Source of the DNA: Somniosus microcephalus
Taxonomy: Eukaryota
Reading direction: 5' to 3'
Assembly (NCBI GenBank): GCA_052327205.1
Contig: CM126230.1
Location: 24,366,001 to 24,430,000, forward strand
DNA length: 64,000 nt
Shown here: piece by piece, positions 1 through 11,900 of the stretch
Layout: every line of letters begins with the position of its first letter
Position numbering within the stretch: the stretch's first letter is position 1
Notes under the pieces: model-generated
The model's database searches: none
The model's input: the letters and a program-made list of their open reading frames with translations, nothing else
Told to the model about the DNA's origin: nothing
Position numbers and translations under genes: made by a program

Positions 1-132
1 GTAATAAAACGTATAACAAGTCAAAACGACCACAAATCAAATGGCACTTGCATTGGTTTTGTGCACCATAAACATGATTGAAGGCAGCTGCCCCCAATTT
101 CTACATGCACTGCCATACAAACCAGGAAGGCC

Positions 133-468
133 TCAAGTTTGATTTCCGGTCTGTGTTGAGTTGGCTGATGTGAACTGGGGATGGGGTAGCAATAGGAGCA
201 CTACAACTGGCTTCACCAGCCCTGGGCTAGGACCGGATACAAATAGGTCAGGCTTCCTGATCCTGATCGCTACGCAGTCACCCTTTTTTTGATCAACGTG
301 CATGTACGGAGATTGGGTGAGAACAGAACTGGGCTTGTCTGTGGATCCGCCAATGGCCCAATAACCTGCTGGCACTCACCGTCTCGTCTCACACATGAAG
401 AATGGCCACTTGGACAAGATACCAGAGGGCTGTCGGCATCTGTGGAACTGTAACCCAACAGAGTCAAC
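133..468 (+). mobile_element. Ancient diverged SINE-like repeat (family also at ~40330, ~41435, ~60240)
   Basis: Shares blocks such as ccctgggctaggg, gctggcactca and gtggaactgta-ccca-gagtcaa with 41435-41822; starts with a B-box-like (g)ttt/cgat-cc-ggtctgtg. Confidence 0.55.
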
Positions 469-660
469 GGGGGTCATTCTAATTTTAATTTGGGTGGCGG
501 TGTGAATGGGGCAATATCGAATTTGGCTGTCCATTGTACACCACGTCCGATTTTCCTTTGCAGTGAAGCCAATGGCAGGGAAAATCGGATGGGGCGCATA
601 ATGGCTGGCCAATTCGATATCGCCTGCTTTACGCCATCGCCCAAAGTTACAATGTCCCCC
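469..660. mobile_element. Palindromic MITE, ~190 bp
   Basis: Left end ggggtcattctaatttt...gcaatatcgaatt matches the reverse complement of the right end (ggggacattgtaacttt...gcgatatcgaatt). Confidence 0.6.
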
Positions 661-868
661 CCCCCCCATGCCTTCAGTAGGGAAGGGGAGAGAGGGCAAG
701 AGGTTTGTAAATCATCGCAGACCTAAATGTCATCTTAGACTGCCCTAACATACTGCCCAGCGGCTGGGTCTAGAGCAACAGTAGCGCCGGGGAAAAAGAA
801 AATAATAAAGAGTTGATAGCAGAGGAAATTCCAGCACTGTGATCATGAAGATATAACAGTTTAAGATA

Positions 869-1119
869 CAGTAAACTCTTGTTTAAACGGCACTTAATCA
901 TCTGAAATTCTTTAATACCGGCAAAATAGATAACTGGTAATCTTGCCGAATCCATCCAGCACTCGTTTTGCCGAGTCCGAGTCTCCCGCGGTGGCTGAGT
1001 TAGTCAGTGGTTTTTATTTTTGTTTGTGTTAAAAATTGCCTACTCCTCTGTTATCCAGAATTTTTCATCAACCAGCACCATCCTGGTCCCGTAGGTGCCG
1101 GATACGAAAGAGTTTACTG
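869..1119. mobile_element. Tc1/mariner (pogo/Tigger-like) MITE
   Basis: TIRs CAGTAAACTCTT...CGGCAC at both ends, flanked by a TA target duplication (867-868, 1120-1121). Confidence 0.8.
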
Positions 1120-2577
1120 TATTGATGGTGATTCACAGTCCCGTAATTCAACAGCGAGGACCTGATTGTATTATAATACACAAAAGTAAAGTTCAACAAT
1201 TTATAAATGTCGGCAGTAACCTACAATGAACGATAGCCTAAAGATCACACACTATCTGTTACCATATAATAAATATATATGTTAAATAGGTTTATAATTT
1301 TTCTCCTCTCATTACTAAGTGGCAGGTCTGAGAGAATGTAATGTAGCTGAAAGTGTAATAAGGATGATTGTGACCTTTGACCAGAAAGTATATCACACAG
1401 TATGATGGGGATTAGGGGAGCAACAGGTTACTAACTAATCAATTAGTCAATATATTATTATTATTACAGCGTGTTGCGACAGCATTACTGTTTGAAGCAT
1501 GACCACTATTAATGGGTTTGAGGCTCTTGCGTGCTGTGCCCCACTAAATCCTTCTGATCTATCGTTAGTAAAACCAATGTGTTGGAGAAAAAAGGACACC
1601 TGCTTTTCTGTGATAGACATTGTATAATTAATAACTGGAGTACACACATGACTAAAGAGAGATAATTAGATCCAGTATGGTACAAGATGCCAGACTGGTG
1701 AAAGTTCAATATGTGTCACACAAATTAACTGTTCGTTCATCAAACTTAAAAAAAACGTACATAGCGACCAATATCCTGTGACATAAGATTGTTTTTGTGA
1801 ATGGGCACAGTTGAAATATAAAGTCTAAATAAAATAATGGTTCTGTCACTCAAAGAGCCAAGATGAAATAAAAACCAGCGTTGCCCTCACACATAAAACT
1901 TTACAATAATCAGCATCAATGCTTTTCTTTCTAAAACATACAGACTATGTACCACATCACTGCCTCTGGGAAAGGCAGGCTCTAAGTGACCAATTATCGC
2001 AGTTTCAATAGGTTGCATTCCTGACACAGCATCCCAGTATGAGAGAAGTTTAGGTCTCGTGAGATTTGTTACTGCTTTTTATGGCGCAAGAAGCATGATT
2101 CGAGTAACAAATTGTGCGCTAAAGATTTCCAGGTGGCCTTGTCTCCCAGGCACAACTGAACTGGCCTCACTTAAGCTGTTGTTACCCTATAAATGTAGCG
2201 ACAAATTCGCACTGGTAACAGTTTTATGGCATAAAACTGCCCAAATGTCAGTGTTGGTGTCCCAGATCCATAGAGAGTGTCGATCTGACTCCAGATTCAC
2301 GTGTGTCAGCTTGCGGACAGCATGAGGAGCTGATACAACGCTTCAGGATCGAATGCTGGTCACGCTGTTGCAACTTCATTAGAAACCAACCCAGCTACGT
2401 ATTGGCACATGTCCAATTGCGTTCAAGTCGCTGAACTTGTTTCACTCTAATGAAGTGCCATTGACAACAGACGCGCAGCACCCTCGCAGTTAACAATCTG
2501 TCATATAAATGGCCTCGGAATCTAAGGCCTGATGGCTTTGGACATCTACATTTTCATGGGCTGCCATCGGATCTCAG

Positions 2578-3088
2578 GCTGGCATAGAGGGAGTGCAACG
2601 AAGGTTCACGAGACTGATTCCTGGGACGGCGGGACTGTCGTATGAGAAGAGATTGAGTAAACTAGGCCTGTATTCTCTTGAATTCAGAAGAATGAGAGGG
2701 GATCTCATTGAAGCATACAAAATTATTACAGGGCTTGATAGGGTGGATGCTGGGAGAATGATTCCCTTAGCTGGGGAGTCTAGAACCAGGGGCCACAGCC
2801 TCAGGATAAAGGGTAAGCCATTCAGGACTGAGATGAGAAGAAATTTCTTCACACAGAGGGTGGTGAATCTTTGGAATTCTCTACCCCAGAGGGCTGTGGA
2901 GGCTCAGTCATTGGGTATATTCAAAACAGAGGTCGATAGATTTCTGACTAGTAAAGGCATCAAGGGATATGGCAATAGGGCCGGTGAATGGAGCTGAGGC
3001 AGAAGATCAGCCATGATCTCATTGAATGGCGGAGCAGGCTCGAATGGCCGACTCCTGCTCCTATTTCTTATGTTCCTATGTTCTTATG
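2578..3088 (+). mobile_element. CR1 LINE 3' fragment (ORF2 C-terminus plus tail)
   Basis: ORF 2593-2997 (QRRFTRLIPG...LYSLEFRRMRGDLIE...RRNFFTQRVVNLWNSLP); ends in a (ttcttatg/ttcctatg)n tail. Confidence 0.95.
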
Positions 3089-4535
3089 TCCACAGGTCTC
3101 TGAGCACCACTCCCACAGGACTGCTTTATATAACGTTAAACGTTTTTGCAGCGTGATAAAGTGGGCCACACATTCTGTGCACTCCAGTTTCAGCTCCCCC
3201 AAAAAATCACAGCTGTGCCAAGCCTGGCTAAGCACTGTATTCATATTTCCCTATACAGAGATACTGATGTTCCATGTTTTGATGGAAGTCAAAAGAGCTT
3301 CACTCCCTGCTGGCGTAAGTGAGACAAGGCTGCTTAATGTGTCTCACTTGTCCTAGTGTACAGGAATGCCCATTAATATCAGTCTTAAATGAATTTGAGT
3401 TCTTGACCTGGATCCATGCTGCTAGTTACTCTGATGTATTGTGAAAAAGACACACTTGACAGTTCGGAACTCCATGCCCATACTGCGAGCTAACAGATTG
3501 CAAAAGCAGCGGTCGACTTTTAGTTAAAAAAATTAATGTCATCAGAACATTTGAGACGGGTGCAGTAACCGAGTTTAAAAAAAACGTAGAAAATGTACAA
3601 TATCGTCTTAATTTGCAATTTCATAATTATTTTGGGATGTTATCATACGATGTACTGTACTGAACGCAGGCCTGATTGTTTCTATTTTTTTTTTACAACC
3701 GCAAGGGAATCAGCCGTAAAAGGAACAAATAGGTCCTAAAATAAATGTAGAATTAAATTCCTGTTGGCAAGTGCTTGGCCATTGCAGGAAATGTCATTCT
3801 AAAAAGGTTTTCTGACAGATTAGGATGTTCAGATTTTCTGCCCCTGAGGAGGGTCTGTGTTTGTTTCATGCCAATAGTTTTTCGGGAAAAAAAACACATG
3901 AAAATTCTGAAGAGTGAGAATTTCAGACTCAAGCAGTGTGCTTGCCAACAGTGTCAGTCCTGAAAATAGAGATATTACCATTGGAGGTTTCTCACTTTAA
4001 TTTGCCTAATGTCTGAACTACCAAAAGGAGAGTCAGTCCCACAAAATCAGAAAAATACTCCTGTCCAGGGAAAGCACTCTGGGGAGTTCCAAGAATGCAG
4101 AACAGAAAACAGGTTTTCGAGCTGAATGCCTGAGAATATTCATTACTGGGAATTCTATTATCCTAGTTTTATGTTTGACCCCCCCCCCCCAACCCAATTA
4201 TCCCCCTTCCTGTCTTAGAGACCTGGGATAAGGATCCATGGGGGAAAATTCGGTATCGACCATTTTGGGGCGCTAACATCGCCTGGGCGTTAATTAGCGT
4301 CAGCGACCGCGAAATTCAGTTTTAGCGCCCCAAGAGGGAAGTGGAGCACTAAATCAAGCGCTACACACTTCTCTTAGGGCGCTACCGCAGAGTGCTACTC
4401 AAGTTCCGGCGCCGCCAATTATAAGTACTCAGGCAGACTGGTGCCTTCCATTCTTAAAGGGGAGGTTCAATCATGCTGCACAGCCTCACTCTGATCATTG
4501 CTGCTTGGGACCCGGGCCTGCAAGGAGCTGCAATC

Positions 4536-6170
4536 ATGGCTGATCAGAGGCCCAGGGAGAGAGCTCGCCGGTTCAGTGACCAGGCATTGGAGGCTCTGGT
4601 CGCGGCCATGGAACGCCGACGGGCAGTGCTCTTCCCAGACACTGGCAGGAGGTCATTGCCCCAGGACTTCAGGAGGATGTGGCAGGAGGTCGCCCAGCAT
4701 GTGTCAGACAGAAGCGTGGTCCACAGGACTCACACCCAAGAAGCTCAACGACATCACTCGGGTGGTCAGGGTGAGTACATGCTTCAAAAACCTCTACATG
4801 CCCCCATCTCAACCTCTGTGCACACTCTATAAACTGCCAAATCCCCAACACTCACCTACCAACTATGCCCACCCACTGAAAGTGACATCCGCATCTCACG
4901 CCTTGCATACATTAATAGCTACTCAACTATGGTAGGTGCATATGCCAAACACATGGCTGCACACTTACTCACAAGCTGTCCTTTTTCTTGCAGGCCAAGC
5001 TTGCTCATAACAGGAGGGAGCTGCAACGCACGGGAGGAGGTCAGGCGGAGCTGCACCTGTAATGATATCAGGAAATAGTGATGGTAGTTGCCTGTTTGAT
5101 TATGATGCCTTACCAGCATGTTTGCCTGATTGATTACTTATGCCTGACCAGCAGAGGGCATGTGACAGAGACAAGCAGTTTAGTTTTAGTTTCGTTCTAG
5201 ATGGATTTTCTAGCATGGTGTCTCCTGTAATGCTGTTTAACTGAGTTGAACATACTTTAGATTAAAAGACATTCTCTTTCATAAATGTCTTGTCATTGAA
5301 CCCACAAAGAAATCAATACAGCACCCCCTTACAGACCTGGAGGAGCGAGTGCGCAGCATGATTGCGGCCCAGGTCATGGGCGCTGTGGCAGTCGGAGACG
5401 TCGACCCCCTTGGGGACAACAACGATATGTTCCTCACCTCCCTCTTCTCTCATACCACTTCCCCCTCACAACACAAGCCCTTCCCACTTCCCATCTAAGT
5501 ATGCTGTCTCCATTCCTTGCTCCCTTCCTACCCACCTCCCCTGACATTAAACCCACCCTTGTGCCTTTATGCTTTCAGATAATCAGCCACCACCTGACCA
5601 GCCTGTCCCTCAGTCTCCCAGTGGCAGCGACACGGGAGTAGAGGAGGAACAACAAGCCAGAGCCTCACTGCCTGTGTCTCCTGAGGGCGAGAGGTCCGAC
5701 AATGGGGCCACGCGGTCGCTGGAAGGGAGCCTCGGAAATGGGTCTGATGTGGGTGAAGCTCCGGGACCCAGCAGGCTGCAGCAATGCCACGGGGAAAGGG
5801 AAACTCGGGGGCCATCTCCCCAGAGGGTGAGTGTGCATGCGAGTTCTGCTGCACAGGACTCAGATGAGGGCCTCAATGTGGAGGTCTTGACCAGATAAGC
5901 GATGAGCATGCACACTGAGCTCATGGGTGCAATGGCAAGGGTGCCCGAGAGCATGGATGCACTGGCTAGGAGCGAGGAGGAGTCCGTCTCCAGCATTGCA
6001 CTCATCTCTGCGCAAACCATCGAGCCCATCCTTGGCAGTTTGCAAAGGATGGTCGCCTCACAGAGAGACCGTGGGGACCCAGCTCTCATGTCATGGGTGA
6101 GGTGGCAGCAACTATTGCAGCACAGGCTGAAGCAACGCAATGGCTTAGTGCTGTAATGGAGTCAGAATGG
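4536..6170 (+). pseudogene. Harbinger Myb/SANT-like DNA-binding protein, 3 exons, disrupted
   Basis: Exon 1 4536-4770 (RARRFSDQALEALV...RRMWQEVA...KKLNDITRVVR, donor GTGAGT). Exon 2 from 4994 (AKLAHNRRELQRTGGG...LTDLEERV), split by a solo LTR. Exon 3 from 5579. Has a frameshift and stops. Confidence 0.85.
5058..5320 (+). mobile_element. Solo LTR, 263 bp
   Basis: TGTA...TACA termini; 5-bp TSD GCACC (5053-5057, 5321-5325); removing it restores the Myb exon 2 reading frame. Confidence 0.9.
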
Positions 6171-6172
6171 CC

Positions 6173-7154
6173 TGGTTGTGCAGCATGTAGCACACAACAA
6201 TGAAAAGGGAGACTCGATCAGGGGAGTACTACAGGACTCCTCCAGAGCGGTCAAGGCAGCGGAACCGTTGCTTTAGCACCCCGATAGTCTGTTCGATCAG
6301 GTTCCTGGTGGCGCTATGGCTGTCATTGTAGGCGTGTTGAGCAGGAGTGTTGGGGTTGCAGAGGGATGTCCTCAGCCAGGTGGCCAGTGGATAACCCTTG
6401 TCTCCGAGCAGCCAGCCGCGAGCTTCATGTGGTGGGTGCAACAGTGCTGGGACTCCAGTCTCACACAGGATGAATGCATCATGGCTGCTGCCAGGATAGC
6501 GGACATTGACGATGAGGATGCGCTGTCTGTGGTCGTACACCAACTGAACGTTCAGAGAGTGGTAGCCTCTGTGGTTATGGAACACCTCTACATTGTGATG
6601 AGGTCCCCGCAATGCCACATGGGTGCAGTCAATGGCGCCCTGAACCATGGGGAAGCCTGCTATCTTTGCAAAGCCACATGAGTGCTCATCCTGTTTCTCC
6701 CTGGTCATGGGGAATGAGATGCACTCCCTTCTCCTTCTGTACAGAGCATCTGTCACCTCCTGGATGCAGCAATGGAAGGCGAACTGCAAAATGTTTGCAA
6801 TATCCCCTGCTGAAGCCTGGAAGGAGTCGCTGGCATAGAAATTGGGAGTGACTGTGGCCTTCATTGCCACTGAGAGAGACGTCCTGGTCCTGATTTGAGG
6901 CTGGAAATCTGGCTGAAGGAGGTGGCAGAGCTCTGTGACCACCTCCTTGTTGAAGCGGAGCCTTCTAAGGCACTGCTCCTCTGACAGATGAATGTAGGAG
7001 AACTGCTCCCGGAATACCCTGGGAGGGTAAAGTCTCCTGTTGAGAGCCCTGTTGGCCCTCCTCCCTCTGGCCACGATGTGCAATCTCCTCTCTGCCTCCG
7101 CTGCCTCTGACAGTGAAGCTGGAGGGCGAGGTCCAGTGCCAGTACAGCCCCCAT
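6173..7154 (-). pseudogene. Harbinger DDE transposase (HARBI1-like)
   Basis: ORF 6229-7083 with GAIDCTH, YPGSSHDAFI, LLGDKGY and IEQTIGVLKQRFRCL; homology continues past a premature TAG (YSPDRVSLFIVVCYMLHN); 5' frameshift near 7090. Confidence 0.92.
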
Positions 7155-7344
7155 TAAGTGTTGGAAATGTTACACTAGCAAATGTAATACAAGTGAACCT
7201 GATAAATTTCTCTTAGGAGCAAAACTCCTTCAAGTAGGCTATGTTTAACCGTCTTTTTAGACTCCTGTTCTATAACTCAATTTATTCCCTTGCCATCAAT
7301 GTCCTCCCTTATTTTATTCTTTCCTATGCTCTCCTATGGATAAA

Positions 7345-7480
7345 ACATTAAACCCAGGCCCCGTCTGCCCTCCCAGGTGGATGTAAAAGATCCCCTGGTA
7401 CTATTTCGAAGCAGAGCAGGGGAGTTATCCGCGGTGTCCTGGCCAATATTTATCCCTCAATCAACATCACTAAAACAAAT
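7345..7480 (+). mobile_element. DeuSINE (SacSINE1-like) internal fragment
   Basis: ggtggatgtaaaagatccc...gtcctggccaatatttatccctcaa core, shared with the other copies. Confidence 0.8.
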
Positions 7481-7689
7481 CCGGCCTATCTCTTGAAAGT
7501 TTACTGTGTTAATACAATCCAAAGTTTTATTTTGCTTGAGAAAAGTTTGAATTACCCAGGCATCTGAATCAAGCAATTTAGTTAAACTAACACAGAGGAC
7601 TTCTTAATTTGCATAATTTCAATTCGAATTAACAGATGGTTTGAGTTAAGTAACTTCAAATTAACAGTGGATTACACAGAATCCTGTTA

Positions 7690-8064
7690 AAAGAAAGACT
7701 TGCATTTAAATAGCGCCTTTCACGACCACCAGACATCTCAAAGCGCTTTACAGCCAATGAAGTACTTTTGGAGCATCGTCACTGTTGTAATGTGGGAAAC
7801 ACAGCAGCCAATTTGCGCACAGCAAGCTCCCACAAACAGCAATGTGATAATGACCAGATCATCTGTTTTTGTGATGTTGGTTGAGGATAAATATTGGCCC
7901 AGGACATTGAGGATAACTCCCCTGCTGTTCTTCGAAATGGTGCCATGGGATCTTTTACGTCCACCTGAGAGAGCAGACGGGACCTCGGTTTAACGTCTCA
8001 TCCGAAAGACGGCACCTCCGACACCGCAGCACTCCCTCAGCACTGCACTGGAGTGTCAGCCTAG
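7690..8064 (-). mobile_element. DeuSINE (SacSINE1-like), 5'-truncated
   Basis: Reverse complement of the Deu-type core and L2-like tail (gaaaggcgctat-taaatgcaagtctttc). Confidence 0.88.
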
Positions 8065-8067
8065 CCT

Positions 8068-8230
8068 AGGGAAAGCTAGATAAGCATATGAGGGGGAAGG
8101 GAATAGAGGGTTATGCTGACAGAGTTAGATGAGGAAAGACGAGAGGTGGCTCGAGTGGAGCATAAACGCCGGCATGGACTGGTTGGGCCGAATGGCCTGT
8201 TTCTGTGCCGAATATTCTATGTAAGTCTAT
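8068..8230 (+). mobile_element. CR1 3' tail fragment
   Basis: gggaaagctagataag...gggccgaatggcctgtttctgtgc...ttctatgtaa; same subfamily as 21635-21840. Confidence 0.8.
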
Positions 8231-8554
8231 GTAATTAACAGTTGAATATAAAATATGTTTCAAAGACATATTGAATTCTAAAACATATTCAAATCCATTC
8301 ACAAGGATTTCAGATACATATCTTAACAGGACTGGCAGGAAGCAATTTCCGAACTGAACAATATGCACATTGCGCTGTTTGTTATCTTTAGCTGTAAAAC
8401 TTTATCAAAAAATGTTTTGTTTATATTCGGTTACATAACACTGTTGACTTTTGTTGAACAGGAGTGTACTTAACAGAAGTAAACCGTTGACATCTGCCCA
8501 AAGATGAAGATTCCTCTAAAGAAAATGTCCAGGCTCTAAATAGTTTATACTCAA

Positions 8555-8948
8555 CAGGGAATTGGATGACTTAAAGTTGAAAAGGAAAAAAATTGCAGGG
8601 CGATGGGGGAAAAAGCAGGGAAGTGGGACTAATTGGATAGCTCTTTCAAAGAGCCAGCACAGACACGATTGGCTAAATGGCCTCCTTCTGTCCTGTCCCT
8701 CCAGCCTCCAGACCTCAGCTTTAATCCATTTTTAGACGTTCCATTGCAGACAAATGTCATTGTTCTTGTGCACCTTCCTCCTTCATTCCACCATTGGTGG
8801 CTGTACCTTTCGCTGTCTGCGTGCCGCCCTGTGGAATTGCTCCTTAGCCAACTTTTGGTCACCCGTCCTAATATCTCCTCCTCTGGCTTGGTGTCCATTT
8901 TCCTCATGCCTCTGTGAAGCGCTTTGGGGTGCATTATATTTTTTAAGG
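8555..8948 (+). mobile_element. CR1 tail (to ~8692) followed by a degraded L2 3' fragment
   Basis: aattggatagctctttcaaagagcc tail (also at 35450); then ccattggtggctgt-ccttt...gtgaagcgctttggg, matching the L2 at 33165-34046. Confidence 0.7.
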
Positions 8949-8962
8949 ACTCTGTTCATTAT

Positions 8963-11900
8963 TGTTATGTTCATTAATAACTAGTCGTTTTTATTAAGAA
9001 CAGCTAGCTTTTGCTAGACACTTTATTGAGCACATGTGGACTAGGTACAGTATCTGTAGAGGCATCCATCTTGACTGCTGCCTTGTGGGTAGCCTGGTGC
9101 ATCGTGGGTAGCCCACTCTTATATACATACAGCACCACCTAGTGTACCATTCCAGAATGACAGGTTACTGATCATTACATCCCCCTTTCTTTGAGGTTAA
9201 ACAAAATCAGTATCAATCAATATCAATCAATCATAACAACATAAACATCTTCAACAGTCAACACATTTTTAATGTAGTTTTCTTTGTACTCAAAGATTAA
9301 GTCTATCAGGCTTTTTTACTTCACGTGTGGATCTTCTCAGCACAGGTAAGTCTGATGTGTTTTCATGAGAGCCTGTATGTGTATTTGTGTTAGATTGTTC
9401 TGGTGGTGAGTGACAAGATTCAGTTGCGGCATTATCATCGATTTGCTCTTCGATAGTCTCTTGTGTTTTTAGGAGGGAACGGCGGTTCCTCCTGAGAATC
9501 TGTCCTTCCTCAGTTCTAACAGTGTATGACCTTGGTCCTACTTCCTCAAGAACTGTAGCTTTCCTGTTCCATGCATCTGGATCTTCAATCCTGACAACAT
9601 CATCCCTTGTCAATGGTTTCAGAGTTTTGGATGACTTGTCATAGTATGATTTCTGTTTCAGCTTTAACAGTTGAAGTCTCTGTCTCAGTTCCTTACTCTG
9701 CTTTTCTTTTGCACAGCAGGGTAGCGTGGTACGCAACTTGCGACCCATTAGGAGTTCAGCAGGTGAAGAACCAGAGTCTAAAGGTGAGGCTCGGTAGCTC
9801 AGCAGGGCGAGATAAGGATCAGACTTGCTTTCTGTCACTTTCTTCAGTAGCTGCTTGAGAACTTGAACACCTTTCTCTGCCTTACCATTCGACTGAGCAT
9901 ACAAAGGACTGGATGTGATGTGTTGAAAGTCATAATGTGCTGCAAACTGTTGCCACTCCTTACAGTTGAAGCACGGACCATTGTCGCTAACGGCAATCCT
10001 GGGAATTCCATGTCTGGCGAAGATGGATTTCACATGCATTATGACACTGCTTGCTGTGGTGCTTGAGAGCAGCACCATCTCAGGATAGTTAGAATAGTAG
10101 TCAATCACTATTGGATAGTCTTTACCATTTAAATGAAAAAGGTCCATACCAACCTTTTGCCATGGTGCTGTTGGTGTGTCAGCTACTATCATTGGTTCCT
10201 TTGCTTGTTTGTTTTGGTGTTTCTGACATGTCTCACATTTGCCTATCATGTTCTCAATGTCCTTATTTATGCCAGGCCAATAAACAGTGTCTCTTGCTCT
10301 CCTTTTGCATTTTTCAATTCCGAGGTGTCCCTCATGAATCCTTTTGAGCATGTCTTGACGTAGAGCCTGTGGAATGACTATTCTGTTCTGTTTTAGTAAT
10401 AGTCCACTTGCGACACTCAATTCTGACCTTATGTGAAAATATTTTGGACAGGAACCTTTTGGCCAACCGTGATGAATGTTCTCTATTACTGTTTGTAATA
10501 CTGTATCTTTTACTGTTTCTTCTGCTATTTGCTTTGATTTTGTGTCTGACACGGGCAGCGCAGCAGTGACCATACTCACATGAACATCCACGTCTTCTTC
10601 AGTAGAGCTCACATGACTCATTGTGGGTGCTTGGGATAGTGCATCTGCTAACACTATGTATTTGCCTGGTGTGTAGATCAGTTCAAAGTCATATCTTTGC
10701 AGCTTCATCATGAGTCGTTGAATCCTTGGAGACATCTCATTCAGGTTCTTTTTTATGATGGCAACCAGTGGGCTGTGGTCTGTCTCAACTGTGAAGGTGG
10801 GAAGTCCATATATGTAGCCATGAAACTTTTCTAGTCCAACTACCAAGCCTAGACATTCCTTTTCAATCTGGGCGTATCGACACTCAGTATCAGTCATAGA
10901 CCTGGAGGCATAGGCAACAGGCTTCCAATCTTCACCCTCTGCTTGTAGCAAGACCGCAGCTAGGCCATCTTTTGATGCATCCGTTGACACTTTGATTCTT
11001 TTTGTTGGGTCAAAGAAGGTGAGTACAGGTGTGGTTGTCAGCACTGTTTTAAGGTTTATCCACTCTTGTTCATGTCTTTCTGTCCATGCGAACTCATTTG
11101 TTTTACGTAGCAGGTCTCGCAGACAGGCTGTCTTGGCTGACAAGTTAGGAATGAACTTTCTAATGAAGTTTATCATCCGCATGATGCGTAGCACTCCTTT
11201 TTTGTCAGTGGGTTGGGGCATTTTGAGTATGGCGTTTACTTTTTCCATATCTGGCTCTATTCCTTTACCAGATAGATTATCGCCTAGGAAAGTGACTTCC
11301 TGGACGCCAAACTGACACTTGGCTTTGTTGAGCTTCAGTCCATTCCGGCGTATGCTCTGTAGCACTTTAGTCAGTCTCTCATTGTGTTCTTTCAGGTGGA
11401 GCCCCAGATGATGGTATCATCAACATAGACCCGAACTCCTTCCAGACCTTCAATTATGTGTTCCATCGCTCTATGAAAGATTTCAGATGCAGATATTATC
11501 CCGAAAGGCATTCTGAGGAAACAATACCTGCCAAATGGTGTGTTGAAGGTACAGTATTTGGTGCTCTCTTCATCCAGTTTTAGTTGCCAAAATCCTTGTG
11601 AGGCATCGAGCTTTGTAAAGTATCTGGCACCTGACATTTCACTGGTGATTTCTTCTCGCTTGGGAATCTGGTAGTGTTCACGTTTTATGTTTGCATTTAA
11701 GTCCTTTGGATCCATGCATATTCTTAGATCATTGTTCTTTTTCTTTACACATACCATGGAGTTAACCCAGTCTGTTGGCTCTTCGACTTTCCTGATGACT
11801 CCTAGTGTGGTCATTCTGTCCAGTTCATTCTTGAGCCGGTCACGCAGGGGTGCTGGAACTCTTCGTGGAGCATGTACCACTGGCTGAGCATCCTCCTTTA

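Larger units (their letters stand above)
4240..7160. mobile_element. PIF/Harbinger DNA transposon H1 (right end missing)
   Basis: Left TIR GGGGGAAAATTC with repeated TAGCGCC/GGCGCTA subterminal motifs; Myb/SANT gene on + and HARBI1-type transposase on -, convergent. Confidence 0.88.

Noticed and set aside
2050-4060. Old inverted-repeat elements at ~2050-2530 and ~3750-3960
   Set aside because: Only short inverted matches (ctgttggcaag/cttgccaacag); boundaries cannot be supported.
6229-7083. Domesticated HARBI1 gene
   Set aside because: It has a premature stop and a frameshift and lies beside a TIR and a decayed Myb partner, so it is a transposon copy.
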